DNA of 64,000 nt. Origin: a virus (lineage: Duplodnaviria > Caudoviricetes). Below, piece after piece: positions 47,555 through 56,725 of this stretch. Position numbers and translations under genes: made by a program. A model generated the notes under the pieces. The model was given only the letters and a program-made list of their open reading frames with translations, was not told the origin of the DNA and searched no databases. Numbering within the stretch: position 1 is the first letter of the stretch; each line of letters begins with the position of its first letter. The stretch lies in the IMG/VR virus record IMGVR_UViG_3300021255_002239, positions 638-64,637 of that record; one strand, given 5' to 3'.

Positions 47555-47723
47555 TTCATCTTTTCTACTTTTTGACTATAATTATAGTCTTTTATTAGAT
47601 TATATTATGCATTTTTCACAAAACAATTTATAATCAAAAAATAGACTTGTTTTTATCCGTTGTATATGGTACTTTCAAAGGGAAATTTATAACCGTTATT
47701 TTCTAAAAAAGAGGTAAAAAAGA

Positions 47724-47954
47724 ATGATAATAAATAGAGTTGATATACTGGAAGAATTAAAGAAAAAAGGTTTTTCTACATATGCCCTGACAAAAGATCC
47801 GGGCTATTTTTCGGCGCAAACAATACAGAATATAAGAAAAGGGGCGGTCCCTGGAGTAAAAACGCTTGATATAATCTGTAAACTATTAAATTGTCAGCCC
47901 GGACACATTATAAAATATGTACCGGACAAAGAACAGGACAATAAAACAGAGTAA
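47724..47954 (+). CDS. XRE/Cro-C1-type HTH protein
   Basis: LKKKGFSTYAL...QTIQNIRKG...TLDIICKLLNCQPGHIIKY. Confidence 0.85.
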   Translation: MIINRVDILEELKKKGFSTYALTKDPGYFSAQTIQNIRKGAVPGVKTLDIICKLLNCQPGHIIKYVPDKEQDNKTE

Positions 47955-48444
47955 AAGCCGGCTGCCGTCAATTCTGTTGTATATGGTCATACTATGGACT
48001 TTTTGCGCCCATTGCTTTACCTGGATAATAAACCGGACTTTTTGCCCGGTTCCGTTTTAGTGCATTTTACCGGTTCCGGTTCCGGTCCTGTTGTCGATCT
48101 GTTGACGGTTCCGGCTGTTTTCCGGTTCCGGTTATGCGCTGCCGGTCCTGACTATGTGAGCGGATCCACCGCCGGCCGGGCTGATCCTGACCAGGTCACG
48201 GGTATGCTTTAGTGCTGTGAAGTGTGACGGTTTCGGACTTTACCCTGCTGAAGTGTCGGGCTGTGAAATTTCACTGTATGAAAGTCTCCGGTCATAAAAA
48301 AAGGACGGATCCAGCGGTTTTGGATTTTCCACCAGATCTGTCCTATATAGAATTTTTGTGAACCCCATATGCGTGTGCGTGAGGATTTTTTCTGCTGTCC
48401 AGCTCGGACCTGGCGGATCCCTGGATATTTTTTCGGGAACCCCC

Positions 48445-48693
48445 TTATGCGCACGACAGTTTCGTCCGGAGTCTCACGAACTCAAACCACCTATAGGAGC
48501 GAAGGAACCCAGCCCCCATACGCACGGTCACATGGTAGCGGTCGATCCTGGTCACTCGCACGATCTCGGTCAATTCCTTTGGAGCCTTGCGGTCGTTGGA
48601 CTCCACACGCAGCCGGACGAGATCCCCTTCACGCACTTTATACTTATTACGCATCTGCTCCTGAATTTTCGGATACGGAGCCTTATATACCAT
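48445..48693 (-). CDS. Hypothetical protein
   Basis: Start refined to MVYKAPY. Confidence 0.5.
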   Translation of the reverse strand: MVYKAPYPKIQEQMRNKYKVREGDLVRLRVESNDRKAPKELTEIVRVTRIDRYHVTVRMGAGFLRSYRWFEFVRLRTKLSCA

Positions 48694-48697
48694 TCCT

Positions 48698-48961
48698 TTA
48701 CTCCTGCCTAGAATGACTTCTCGCATCAAGCGCATCCCACCTTTCTTTATCGATCACATTGCCGTCCCCACCGTTCAGGTAATTCGTGATCGCCATCGCA
48801 TCCAGAAGTTTTTCTTCTGGAAATCTAAAAACAGCTTTAAAAATGTTGTTAATTATATAGCCAATATATATTGCTTCATCATAAAAATGGATTACAAACA
48901 TCTTCGTCACCTTTGCAAAATAAAAAGCACCTCTCCTTTGTTTTGCGGACCATGTACGCAA
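48698..48961 (-). CDS. Hypothetical protein (true start likely downstream)
   Basis: ORF; AITNYLNGG motif. Confidence 0.45.
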   Translation of the reverse strand: MRTWSAKQRRGAFYFAKVTKMFVIHFYDEAIYIGYIINNIFKAVFRFPEEKLLDAMAITNYLNGGDGNVIDKERWDALDARSHSRQE

Positions 48962-49142
48962 GGGTGGGTGGGTTGAATCAAAGTCAAATGCACCTCTCCT
49001 TTAATTCTGGAAACATGGTGGAAAGGGTATGACCGGTATCTGAGCCAGACTACCCCTCGTTTTTCGCCACCATGCTCCAAAACAGGGTATGCACACCTCA
49101 CAGAATGCCTATAGAAAGCGTTTAAAGGCTGTTTAAGGCGCA

Positions 49143-49364
49143 TTACCCCTCGTTTTCGATATTTTCCTCACCTGAGTGGGTAACCGGCTGTGCTTCGGCG
49201 AATAACGTGATCATCTGGGCATTGTCTGCCACATTCATGTTCTCAAGTGTTACTGTGTAGTGATAGTCAGTAAGACCTGACGTAAGACACTCCACGATGG
49301 TGTCCGTCTGTGTTCCGCAATTAACTCTGATAATTCCTACTCTTTCCAGTTTCATTTGTACCAC
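49143..49364 (-). CDS. Hypothetical protein
   Basis: ORF with GGAG RBS after dnaN. Confidence 0.5.
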   Translation of the reverse strand: MVQMKLERVGIIRVNCGTQTDTIVECLTSGLTDYHYTVTLENMNVADNAQMITLFAEAQPVTHSGEENIENEG

Positions 49365-49373
49365 TCCTTTTCT

Positions 49374-50474
49374 TTAAGCCAAGTTTACTGGTAACACGAT
49401 GTATGTATAATCTTCATCGTCCTTAGTAATGTATATCGGTGATTTCGGACTGACAAAACGCATCTCGATTTCGTTATCATCGATGGCATTCAGTGCTTCC
49501 AGAATGAACCTGGCATTCATGCCTATCTTGAAATCCTGCCCCTCGTTTTCGATTTCGATGTCTTCCGTTACCTTTCCCAGTGTTGTTGTAACAGACAGTG
49601 TAGCGATATCGCCTTTTATATCGCATACCAGCGGTTTCCTGTCTCCTTCTCGGATCAGAACGGAGCATCGATTAACTGTACTCAGCATGTCATCCCTGTC
49701 TGCATAGATCTTCGTTGCGAAATCTGCACGTTCAAGCTTTGCATAGTCAAAATACTTACCGCTGATCAGGCGCACCACATATGCGCTTTCTGACGTTTCG
49801 AACATCGCATGGTCTTCTGTGAAGGTGACATACACTTTGTCATTCATCCCCCCATTTAAACTTTTAGCGATCTCGGAAATGGACCTGCCCGGTACGATGA
49901 ATCCAGCCTTGCTAAAATGCCCTTCAATTTTTGTAGCCTTGATTCCAATCCGATGACCGTCCAGTGCAACACATTTTAAGGTATTATTGTCCACCTCGAT
50001 GTATTCGCCTGTCAGAACCTTATTGGAATCGTTGACGGCAGCGCAGAAAATGGTTTTCATTATGATGTCCTTAAAGACCGGCTGTGCGATTTCGAATAAG
50101 ATCCCATCATCCACATCTGGGATATCTGGAAACTGGCTTGCATCTTTTCCTGGAATCTGGAATTTAGCTTTACCGCATTTGATTGTAATCTGGTAGACTT
50201 CATCCACATTGAAGTGAATTTCGCCGTCTGGAAGCTTGCGAACGATCTCGTTAAACAGCTTTGCATCCACACATACGGCTCCAGATTCTTCTATGTAACC
50301 TGTGCATGATGATTCAATGGCAAACTCCATGTCGTTTGATGACAAATTGATTGATATTTCGTGAGTGCTTATCTTGATGCATTCCAGAATGGGCATCGTT
50401 GTTTTGGCAGGTACTGCTTTCAGAACCACACCCAGTGCAGAAATCAGTTCACGTTTATCACATGAGAATTTCAA
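49374..50474 (-). CDS. dnaN: DNA polymerase III beta sliding clamp
   Basis: TTG start; KAVPAKTTMPILECI, ALDGHRIG, RLISGKYFDY, IGMNARFILEAL, YIVLPV. Confidence 0.95.
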   Translation of the reverse strand: MKFSCDKRELISALGVVLKAVPAKTTMPILECIKISTHEISINLSSNDMEFAIESSCTGYIEESGAVCVDAKLFNEIVRKLPDGEIHFNVDEVYQITIKCGKAKFQIPGKDASQFPDIPDVDDGILFEIAQPVFKDIIMKTIFCAAVNDSNKVLTGEYIEVDNNTLKCVALDGHRIGIKATKIEGHFSKAGFIVPGRSISEIAKSLNGGMNDKVYVTFTEDHAMFETSESAYVVRLISGKYFDYAKLERADFATKIYADRDDMLSTVNRCSVLIREGDRKPLVCDIKGDIATLSVTTTLGKVTEDIEIENEGQDFKIGMNARFILEALNAIDDNEIEMRFVSPKSPIYITKDDEDYTYIVLPVNLA

Positions 50475-50490
50475 AAGTATCCCCCCCTTT

Positions 50491-50943
50491 TTATTTTTTG
50501 CCAGTGCTACCAATGCCCCCACGGTCATCATTATTCAGTTCATCCACCTCGACAAATTCAATGTCAGGCTGATTTTTCAAGATTCTAAACTGACAGATGC
50601 GGTCATTCTTTTTGATGTATGCGCCAAGCACCCCATTCTTGATGTAGTTGCCTTTGACGCAATAAGCGAGATATCTCCAGACATCACCTGTGCCGTTATA
50701 GCTGTTATCAATGACTCCGATACTGTTGACCAGAATGATTCCATAATTCTTAAACGTACTGGATCTCGGTGCTACAATTGCTTCATATCCCTTCGGAAGC
50801 TCCATGCTGACTCCAAGTGAGAACATTTTGTATTCTCCCTGTGGAATAAACACATCTTCCGCTGCTCTCATATCGATCCAGTCACCGTGTTTTACAAGCT
50901 TATCAATGTCGGAATGATACTTAATCTTAATCTTCGCAGTCAT
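50491..50943 (-). CDS. dut: dUTPase (trimeric)
   Basis: DWIDMRA, APRSS, GVIDNSY.G, DRICQF, RGGIGSTG. Confidence 0.93.
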   Translation of the reverse strand: MTAKIKIKYHSDIDKLVKHGDWIDMRAAEDVFIPQGEYKMFSLGVSMELPKGYEAIVAPRSSTFKNYGIILVNSIGVIDNSYNGTGDVWRYLAYCVKGNYIKNGVLGAYIKKNDRICQFRILKNQPDIEFVEVDELNNDDRGGIGSTGKK

Positions 50944-51094
50944 CTTCAATCCCCCCTGGAAAAACATTCATGCTTCTTGGTCTGCCAAAAGGTGCTAATG
51001 CCATTCCAACTGACAAACCAGTGACCATTATAATTGCCAGAGTCCCAAGAAAATTTACTGGACTCGACAGTGCAAACTGAAAAAATTCAACCAT
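50927..51094 (-). CDS. Small membrane protein
   Basis: Single TM segment. Confidence 0.45.
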   Translation of the reverse strand: MVEFFQFALSSPVNFLGTLAIIMVTGLSVGMALAPFGRPRSMNVFPGGIEDDCED

Positions 51095-51674
51095 CTTTTT
51101 TACCCCACTTCTCTTGATATATCGCCCTGCGATGTGAGTACGCTTCACTTTCTGCATAGCCACATGGTTTCATCTCTGGGCAGAAACCTCTGTAAACGCA
51201 TTCTGGGACGCATACACTTGCGATCTCAGGTTCGTACTCTGCCAAACAGTCAATTACTTCACCCCATACCTGTCGAGTCTCTAGGCTTGCATGAGTACAT
51301 AAACGTTTGCGAGATATATTTATAAGAGCCTGTGCGTTTGCACGAATCCTGTGCGTCACAAGCGCACCCTGTGGTAAATTATCTCTGGCAACACCTGTCC
51401 GGTCTGTTCGCTGAGTGCTGACAAAATGAAGAATACCCAACCAATGACGTACAATATGCACCGATACCCAATACGGCAGATCATGAATAACAAATGTAAA
51501 CTCAAGGAGCCGTATCGGAGAATGTTCTGCCAGAAGGATCTTCTTCTTCCATTCAGAAGACGGATACTTTCCTGAGTCCTTCCCCATTGTGTTCATGGCA
51601 GCATCTTTGACATCTTGCCAATAATCATGATAGTTTATGATCTCGACTCGTCTTTTGTTGTCCACCTTCATCAC
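51087..51674 (-). CDS. thyX: Flavin-dependent thymidylate synthase
   Basis: AEHSPIR, HIVRH, STQRTD, NAQALINISRKRLC, PECVYRGFCPE. Confidence 0.9.
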   Translation of the reverse strand: MMKVDNKRRVEIINYHDYWQDVKDAAMNTMGKDSGKYPSSEWKKKILLAEHSPIRLLEFTFVIHDLPYWVSVHIVRHWLGILHFVSTQRTDRTGVARDNLPQGALVTHRIRANAQALINISRKRLCTHASLETRQVWGEVIDCLAEYEPEIASVCVPECVYRGFCPEMKPCGYAESEAYSHRRAIYQEKWGKKDG

Positions 51675-52264
51675 TTGACCTTCCCCCTTTCCATCGCTAT
51701 GTATGCCAGAATGCCACCTATAGCATTTCCGATTATGTTCGCCAGAAGGTAAATGATCATCGGAATACTGAATCGCAGTGCTGTTCCGAAATAAAACATG
51801 TTTGCTATGCAGTGTTCAGATCCACACAGGATGAATGCCATCACAGCCAGCACGATGATAAATTCATTCTGGAAACGTTTGTATCCTTCTACCGCAACGA
51901 ATATCAGAATGTTACATATAATTCCTAGTGGAACCAATTTCCACCCCTCGTTTAATTTTGCAGATGTCATCTTGAAAGCTTTGTCTGCGAGATCCGGTCT
52001 GATGAAATGGAAGATGATGCCCATCACATATGCGCTGATAAAGTTGAAAAGCAGAATCGTTCCGACCGTCTGGAAGTAATTTACTGTGTTTAGATACGGC
52101 ACTTTGCCAGTGAACAGCGCAAGTTTGAACATGCAGATAGTGACAAGACCAATACTGAAAATGAATGCTCCGGCCACTTTATTGTCAGATGCCAGATATC
52201 CCATTCCACCGATGCTTATCATGATGCCGGCCATCACTGAGTTAATCACCGTCTTCCGATTCAT
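51671..52264 (-). CDS. Formate/nitrite transporter (FNT) family channel
   Basis: AGIMISIG, FSIGL, LFTG, GIICNIL, FILCGSEHCIANMFY. Confidence 0.88.
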   Translation of the reverse strand: MNRKTVINSVMAGIMISIGGMGYLASDNKVAGAFIFSIGLVTICMFKLALFTGKVPYLNTVNYFQTVGTILLFNFISAYVMGIIFHFIRPDLADKAFKMTSAKLNEGWKLVPLGIICNILIFVAVEGYKRFQNEFIIVLAVMAFILCGSEHCIANMFYFGTALRFSIPMIIYLLANIIGNAIGGILAYIAMERGKVK

Positions 52265-52637
52265 TCTTTTTCTCCTTAATCAGATACTGGATTGCGACCG
52301 TATAGTCTTTTGCTCGGACACCTTCTGCCTTGAAAGCCATGACACCGACATTTGCTTGACTGATGCTTACTTCCACCTCTTTGGATAGCAGTTCTGTCAT
52401 CTCCTGATTGAATTCACTTACTTTATCTTCATCAATGTTAAAATTGTTGCCATCAATGGTTCCGTACTTTTTGATAATACGGATCCTTTGTTTTTCAAAG
52501 AAGTCCACTTCATCTGCAATGTTCCTCATCGTGATTGCGATCGCATAAGCTGCATCGATGTTGGAAACCTCACCCATGTGCCGTAACGAATCATACAAAC
52601 TGTACAACTCGTTGTAATTCATTCGTTTTTTCATCAT
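52242..52637 (-). CDS. Hypothetical protein
   Basis: ORF tiled in operon. Confidence 0.6.
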   Translation of the reverse strand: MMKKRMNYNELYSLYDSLRHMGEVSNIDAAYAIAITMRNIADEVDFFEKQRIRIIKKYGTIDGNNFNIDEDKVSEFNQEMTELLSKEVEVSISQANVGVMAFKAEGVRAKDYTVAIQYLIKEKKNESEDGD

Positions 52638-52963
52638 TCATCCCCCGAAAACTTCACTTGAAGTCCTGTTTTTTCGTACAGTTCAGCGACAAGATCATCT
52701 GCTGTTATATATCCTTCCAGAATCTGACCAAAAAGGTTATCTATGTCATGAAGCCGATCAACGATTTCATCCTCATTTGCGCCATATGAATCATGCAGTA
52801 CAAGCGCAAAACATGTCTGCATCAACTCGACATCAAACCTGGCTATCTTGTCAGCGATCATACGCTCATGCTTCTTTAGGTCTGCCGGTGATATCGAAAT
52901 GTTTCCCTTCTTTGTGAAGATCCTGTCTTGACGTTCCTGCCGTCTGCGCTCTGCCCTTCCCAT
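52634..52963 (-). CDS. Hypothetical protein
   Basis: Start refined to MGRAERRRQ. Confidence 0.6.
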   Translation of the reverse strand: MGRAERRRQERQDRIFTKKGNISISPADLKKHERMIADKIARFDVELMQTCFALVLHDSYGANEDEIVDRLHDIDNLFGQILEGYITADDLVAELYEKTGLQVKFSGDE

Positions 52964-52964
52964 A

Positions 52965-53501
52965 TCAACAGCACCCCTGTTCTTTGACATGCTGTTCTTC
53001 TGAAAGTGATTTGACATATTCTTTTTCGTCTGGCATCCATACACCATCATGATTGCGCCATACGATCTGATTATCAGACCCACACCAGTATCTCTGGATG
53101 TTTCGCTGCTCCTCGATGTATGGACCGTCCACTAGAACGTCTATAAGGCTCATAATCGGCTCTTTTTCGATTTCGTGGAAAAGATATCCAGTGTACATCC
53201 AAATCGTCTTAGAAGAGCCGTAACGCTGTCTGAAGTCTATGCACAAATCAGTGACATCCTTTCTGTTGAATGGATGCATAGGATCTCCACCAGAAAGCGT
53301 GAGTCCATCACAGTAATCCTTGTCAACGTAGGAGAACAATTCTTCTTCCGCTTTGATGTCAAAAGCAATGCCACCGTTTATGTCCCATGTGACAGGATTT
53401 TGGCATCCCTTGCAATGATGGTTACATCCAGCAAGCCAAAGGACAACTCTGATTCCAGAACCATTAAGCATCGATTCTTTTTCGATATTGTGATATCGCA
53501 T
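52965..53501 (-). CDS. nrdG: Anaerobic ribonucleotide reductase activating enzyme (radical SAM)
   Basis: MLNGSGIRVVLWLAGCNHHCKGCQNP, GLTLSGGDP, IWMYTGY, DVLVDGPY, GSDNQ. Confidence 0.95.
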   Translation of the reverse strand: MRYHNIEKESMLNGSGIRVVLWLAGCNHHCKGCQNPVTWDINGGIAFDIKAEEELFSYVDKDYCDGLTLSGGDPMHPFNRKDVTDLCIDFRQRYGSSKTIWMYTGYLFHEIEKEPIMSLIDVLVDGPYIEEQRNIQRYWCGSDNQIVWRNHDGVWMPDEKEYVKSLSEEQHVKEQGCC

Positions 53502-54045
53502 TCTCAAATTCATCCTTTCTCACAAATCTCATTCCTTTTACAAACTCTCTTTCTCCTCTTATCACTTTGCTTACATTTGCTTGTGTATAACCGTCTTTCC
53601 ATGCTTCTTCCTGAGATGGATATTCTTTTATATAATTCCATGCGGAATCAAACATTAGTATCGGTTTTGCTCTTTTTCCTTTATTAGCAATTGAGATCCT
53701 TTTTCCTCTCGTCCCATATTGACAGTTATACAAATTCGTACACCACTCCAAATTATCAACAGAATTATTGTTTTTATCCTCATCCTTGTGATTTACTTGT
53801 GGAAAACAATATGGATTAGGTATAAACTGCATGGCAACAACTCTGTGAACGACTATTTGATGATGTTCACCATCGTCTGCTCTGAGTCTAATTACCTTGT
53901 AGCCTTTTTGGTTTTTCCAACAGCTCATAAACTTATTACTAATTTTGGAATATATTTCTCCATTTGAGCATACAAGATAATTGCTAAATCCAGGTATTTC
54001 CTTGAATTGCAAATCCTCTTCGTGAGTAATATCATGGTATCTCAT
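53464..54045 (-). CDS. HNH homing endonuclease carrying an nrdG-like N-terminus
   Basis: VHRVVAMQF, VNHKDEDKNNNSVDNLEWC; starts MRYHDITHE like NrdG. Confidence 0.88.
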   Translation of the reverse strand: MRYHDITHEEDLQFKEIPGFSNYLVCSNGEIYSKISNKFMSCWKNQKGYKVIRLRADDGEHHQIVVHRVVAMQFIPNPYCFPQVNHKDEDKNNNSVDNLEWCTNLYNCQYGTRGKRISIANKGKRAKPILMFDSAWNYIKEYPSQEEAWKDGYTQANVSKVIRGEREFVKGMRFVRKDEFENAISQYRKRIDA

Positions 54046-54311
54046 TGTTTTGTCTCCCACTCTGTTGGACAACACTTCCAGTTGTTATTGCAATCCGTAA
54101 TAAAGATACATGTTCGGCAACTATTGTGCCTTGCCGTGTACTCTATGATTTTCTTCTTGGATCTTCTGGCCTCATCTGGAGAAATCTCCATATCCTTTAT
54201 ATCCTCATCACGGTCACGATCCGAAGCTGCGATTACAAGTGCCATTGACAGTACACCAAAAAGGCCACCGGCAAGTAACACAGCGATATACGAAGACACC
54301 ACTCCAATCAT
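54042..54311 (-). CDS. Membrane-anchored Cys-containing hypothetical protein
   Basis: N-terminal TM, CRTC...C...CC. Confidence 0.55.
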   Translation of the reverse strand: MIGVVSSYIAVLLAGGLFGVLSMALVIAASDRDRDEDIKDMEISPDEARRSKKKIIEYTARHNSCRTCIFITDCNNNWKCCPTEWETKQ

Positions 54312-54451
54312 TTCTCTTCATCTCCTTCCTGCACAACAAGTTCCCATTTTTCACATTTATCGTCTGGCTCTATAAAAACTCCATATTTGTCACATAATCC
54401 GCAGTCATTCCACACGCAAGTATCGCAACTTATCATCACTTTCTTTTTCAT
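54308..54451 (-). CDS. Small Cys-rich protein (not in ORF track)
   Basis: MKKKVMISCDTCVWNDCGLC...KCEKWE; ATGA overlap with next gene. Confidence 0.5.
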   Translation of the reverse strand: MKKKVMISCDTCVWNDCGLCDKYGVFIEPDDKCEKWELVVQEGDEEK

Positions 54452-54563
54452 CGTCTGTCTCCAGCCTGGAATCATAACCGCAAGTACAGTCTCACAGAGT
54501 GCGCTTATCCGTCAGCATGTACGGACGGAGTGGTTTTCCACAGACAGGACATTTAGGAGTCAT
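54405..54563 (-). pseudogene. Zinc-ribbon ORF interrupted by in-frame TGA
   Basis: MTPKCPVCGK...TL*DCTCGY; TGA at 54494-54492. Confidence 0.4.
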
Positions 54564-54783
54564 CTGCTTCACCTTCTTCCTGTCTTCTTAACCAATCACG
54601 GAGAAGATAGAAACATTCTCGCTGCGTATCGAAATCGACTTGTTTGATGTCTCTATCCTTGAGCCATGCTACGTCCCTTTTTATCGCCAAATTCTGTCTG
54701 TGAAGATTGATGGAATTCTGAATCAAACGGATTATTTGCGTCAGCACCAGTGCCGTTGTAATAACGCATAAGTATGTTATCAT
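54553..54783 (-). CDS. Hypothetical protein
   Basis: N-terminal hydrophobic helix. Confidence 0.55.
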   Translation of the reverse strand: MITYLCVITTALVLTQIIRLIQNSINLHRQNLAIKRDVAWLKDRDIKQVDFDTQRECFYLLRDWLRRQEEGEADDS

Positions 54784-55121
54784 TCTTGTTCACCCCATCT
54801 TTCTAGTTCATCAATTAGTCCAGTGACAAAATCATATAGTTTTTTATCTCCATGTCCGTTTGCTCCCCAGTTCGTGGAATATGTAAGCTGAAGATCTGCA
54901 AGATACATCATTAAGCGTTTCCATTTTTCTATATTCTGTTTCGGCCTTTCTTTTCTGAACATTTTCACACAATCATAGAATCCCTGATTATATAACGCTT
55001 TACTATGAAGTTTCATCCACTCTTCATCTCGAATATGCTGTTCGATTGGAGAGGATATTTCTTCGAATACAATCTTGTCTTCTGTTCCGTACAGATGAAA
55101 ATATTTGTCAATCTCTGCCAT
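54780..55121 (-). CDS. Hypothetical protein
   Basis: Start refined to MAEIDKY. Confidence 0.5.
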   Translation of the reverse strand: MAEIDKYFHLYGTEDKIVFEEISSPIEQHIRDEEWMKLHSKALYNQGFYDCVKMFRKERPKQNIEKWKRLMMYLADLQLTYSTNWGANGHGDKKLYDFVTGLIDELERWGEQE

Positions 55122-55132
55122 CGGTTCTCCTT

Positions 55133-55513
55133 TCACCATGCGACATATAGCAATGTTTTGGGAAACGTATTCCAACCACCCCAACCATTAGGATCTTCTA
55201 TATCGTCAATGCACTTCTTCAGCGATTCCAACGCTTTTAACGCACTCACAGTAGTCCCCCAACCATTCGGTGAATTATACTTTTCGTACTCTTCCTCATG
55301 CTCTCTCAGGTTGATAATCCCTCTGACGATATTCTGATAGACGTCTGAAACTCTGTAATATTCGCCCTGTTCAAAATCCCAGCCCATACATTTTCTCAGC
55401 ATTTCTCCTATGTTATAAGTCGGACTGGAAAGTTCTGGTTCTGCAATTACAGCATATTCATTTCCTTTTTCTGCACCATCAACCTTGACGGCTATTCTTA
55501 TGTCATAACTCAT
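55133..55513 (-). CDS. Hypothetical phage protein
   Basis: PTYNIGEM, YNSPNGWGT motif. Confidence 0.65.
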   Translation of the reverse strand: MSYDIRIAVKVDGAEKGNEYAVIAEPELSSPTYNIGEMLRKCMGWDFEQGEYYRVSDVYQNIVRGIINLREHEEEYEKYNSPNGWGTTVSALKALESLKKCIDDIEDPNGWGGWNTFPKTLLYVAW

Positions 55514-55841
55514 CGGTTCTCCTCTCCGCTTTGTTGCAAAAGCCATCCTGAGTAACTATTGGTTTAAATTTTTTGTAATAATAGCATCGCCAGTGTGCCG
55601 GGAAAGCCATATCACATGGATAGTACTTGTTAGGTCTTGCTGGGTTATAACCACCATATTTGCAATCCTTACACCTGATGATCTCTGGCTGTGCGGATGG
55701 CTGATTCCTCACCGCTTTCTCGCACAGATACATACCGTTCATAATAATGCTTGCTCTATGTGTATCATCCATCATCTGCACGCCCTGTCGTATCTTTTCG
55801 ATATGTTTCAATATTGCCTGTCTGCTTCTCATGTCACTCAT
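55503..55841 (-). CDS. Cys-rich hypothetical protein
   Basis: PSAQPEIIRCKDCKY...DGFCNKAERR. Confidence 0.65.
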   Translation of the reverse strand: MSDMRSRQAILKHIEKIRQGVQMMDDTHRASIIMNGMYLCEKAVRNQPSAQPEIIRCKDCKYGGYNPARPNKYYPCDMAFPAHWRCYYYKKFKPIVTQDGFCNKAERRTDEL

Positions 55842-56118
55842 CCCATTTCACCTTCCTTCCACAATCAGAGCAAAAGGTTACAGAACCTTTCTTGCCAAGG
55901 TGGTTTCCGCATTCGCACCAATAGTCAGATAGATATTTGTAATTCCTGTGCGGTGTTACTTCTTCTGATTGTGCGTGTGGCAGTGATGCAAGCAACCTTA
56001 CAATAGCTCTTTTTGTTCTGTGTATATCGCCGTCTTTTACTGAGTCCATTGCATTAATAATCAAGCTGTCATTCATTGCCGCATCAATCGCCGCCTGTCT
56101 TTCAATCGGATCAATCAT
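55834..56118 (-). CDS. Zinc-ribbon hypothetical protein
   Basis: RQAAIDA, CECG, FCSDCG. Confidence 0.65.
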   Translation of the reverse strand: MIDPIERQAAIDAAMNDSLIINAMDSVKDGDIHRTKRAIVRLLASLPHAQSEEVTPHRNYKYLSDYWCECGNHLGKKGSVTFCSDCGRKVKWDE

Positions 56119-56725
56119 TTACAAATCTCCTTCCGCATCCACTGCAAAATGTGTCTTTTTCATCCACTGGCTCATTACATGTATCACACTGATACCACAT
56201 CGTCATACCGTCTCTCGATTTTCCAACGATTCTTTTTGCAGTTTCTGGCTGTATCTCTGCTTGTGCATATTTGTGCAGGAGTGCATTATCCACGATGGAC
56301 AAGCATCGTTTGTGGCAGTATTCTTCAATCTGCTCCAAAGTTGGTTCTGGCTGTGCGGATGGTAAGTCTTCAATCGCATCAATCGCCTCAAGCACCCCGC
56401 CTGTCCATCCATTATCAAGGTTATGTTTTTGGACATACGCCCTTAAAGTTTTTTCATCCCCACAATTCGTGCAATTAGCAATCGCATCAATCGCCGCCTG
56501 TCTGCTTATCATGTCTCCGACATTAGTGTCGGGAACATCCTGCTTCTCAAGTGCGGAGATTGCCATCCGCAACGCTTCTATCTGTTCGCCTATAGTTCCC
56601 TGTTCATAGTTCAAATCGCACTTATAGCAGTTACGGAAATTACAATCGAAGTCTGTTCCGCTGACTTCACGCTTCATGCACTCAACTTTTGCTGTTAACA
56701 TCTTTGCGGCTTCTTCATTCGTCAT
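56111..56725 (-). CDS. Zinc-ribbon hypothetical protein
   Basis: RQAAIDA, LPSAQPE, CDTC, FCSGCG. Confidence 0.65.
   Translation of the reverse strand: MTNEEAAKMLTAKVECMKREVSGTDFDCNFRNCYKCDLNYEQGTIGEQIEALRMAISALEKQDVPDTNVGDMISRQAAIDAIANCTNCGDEKTLRAYVQKHNLDNGWTGGVLEAIDAIEDLPSAQPEPTLEQIEEYCHKRCLSIVDNALLHKYAQAEIQPETAKRIVGKSRDGMTMWYQCDTCNEPVDEKDTFCSGCGRRFVND

Noticed and set aside
53464-54045. Group I intron interrupting nrdG
   Set aside because: nrdG is complete downstream with its own start, and no group I core elements were recognised
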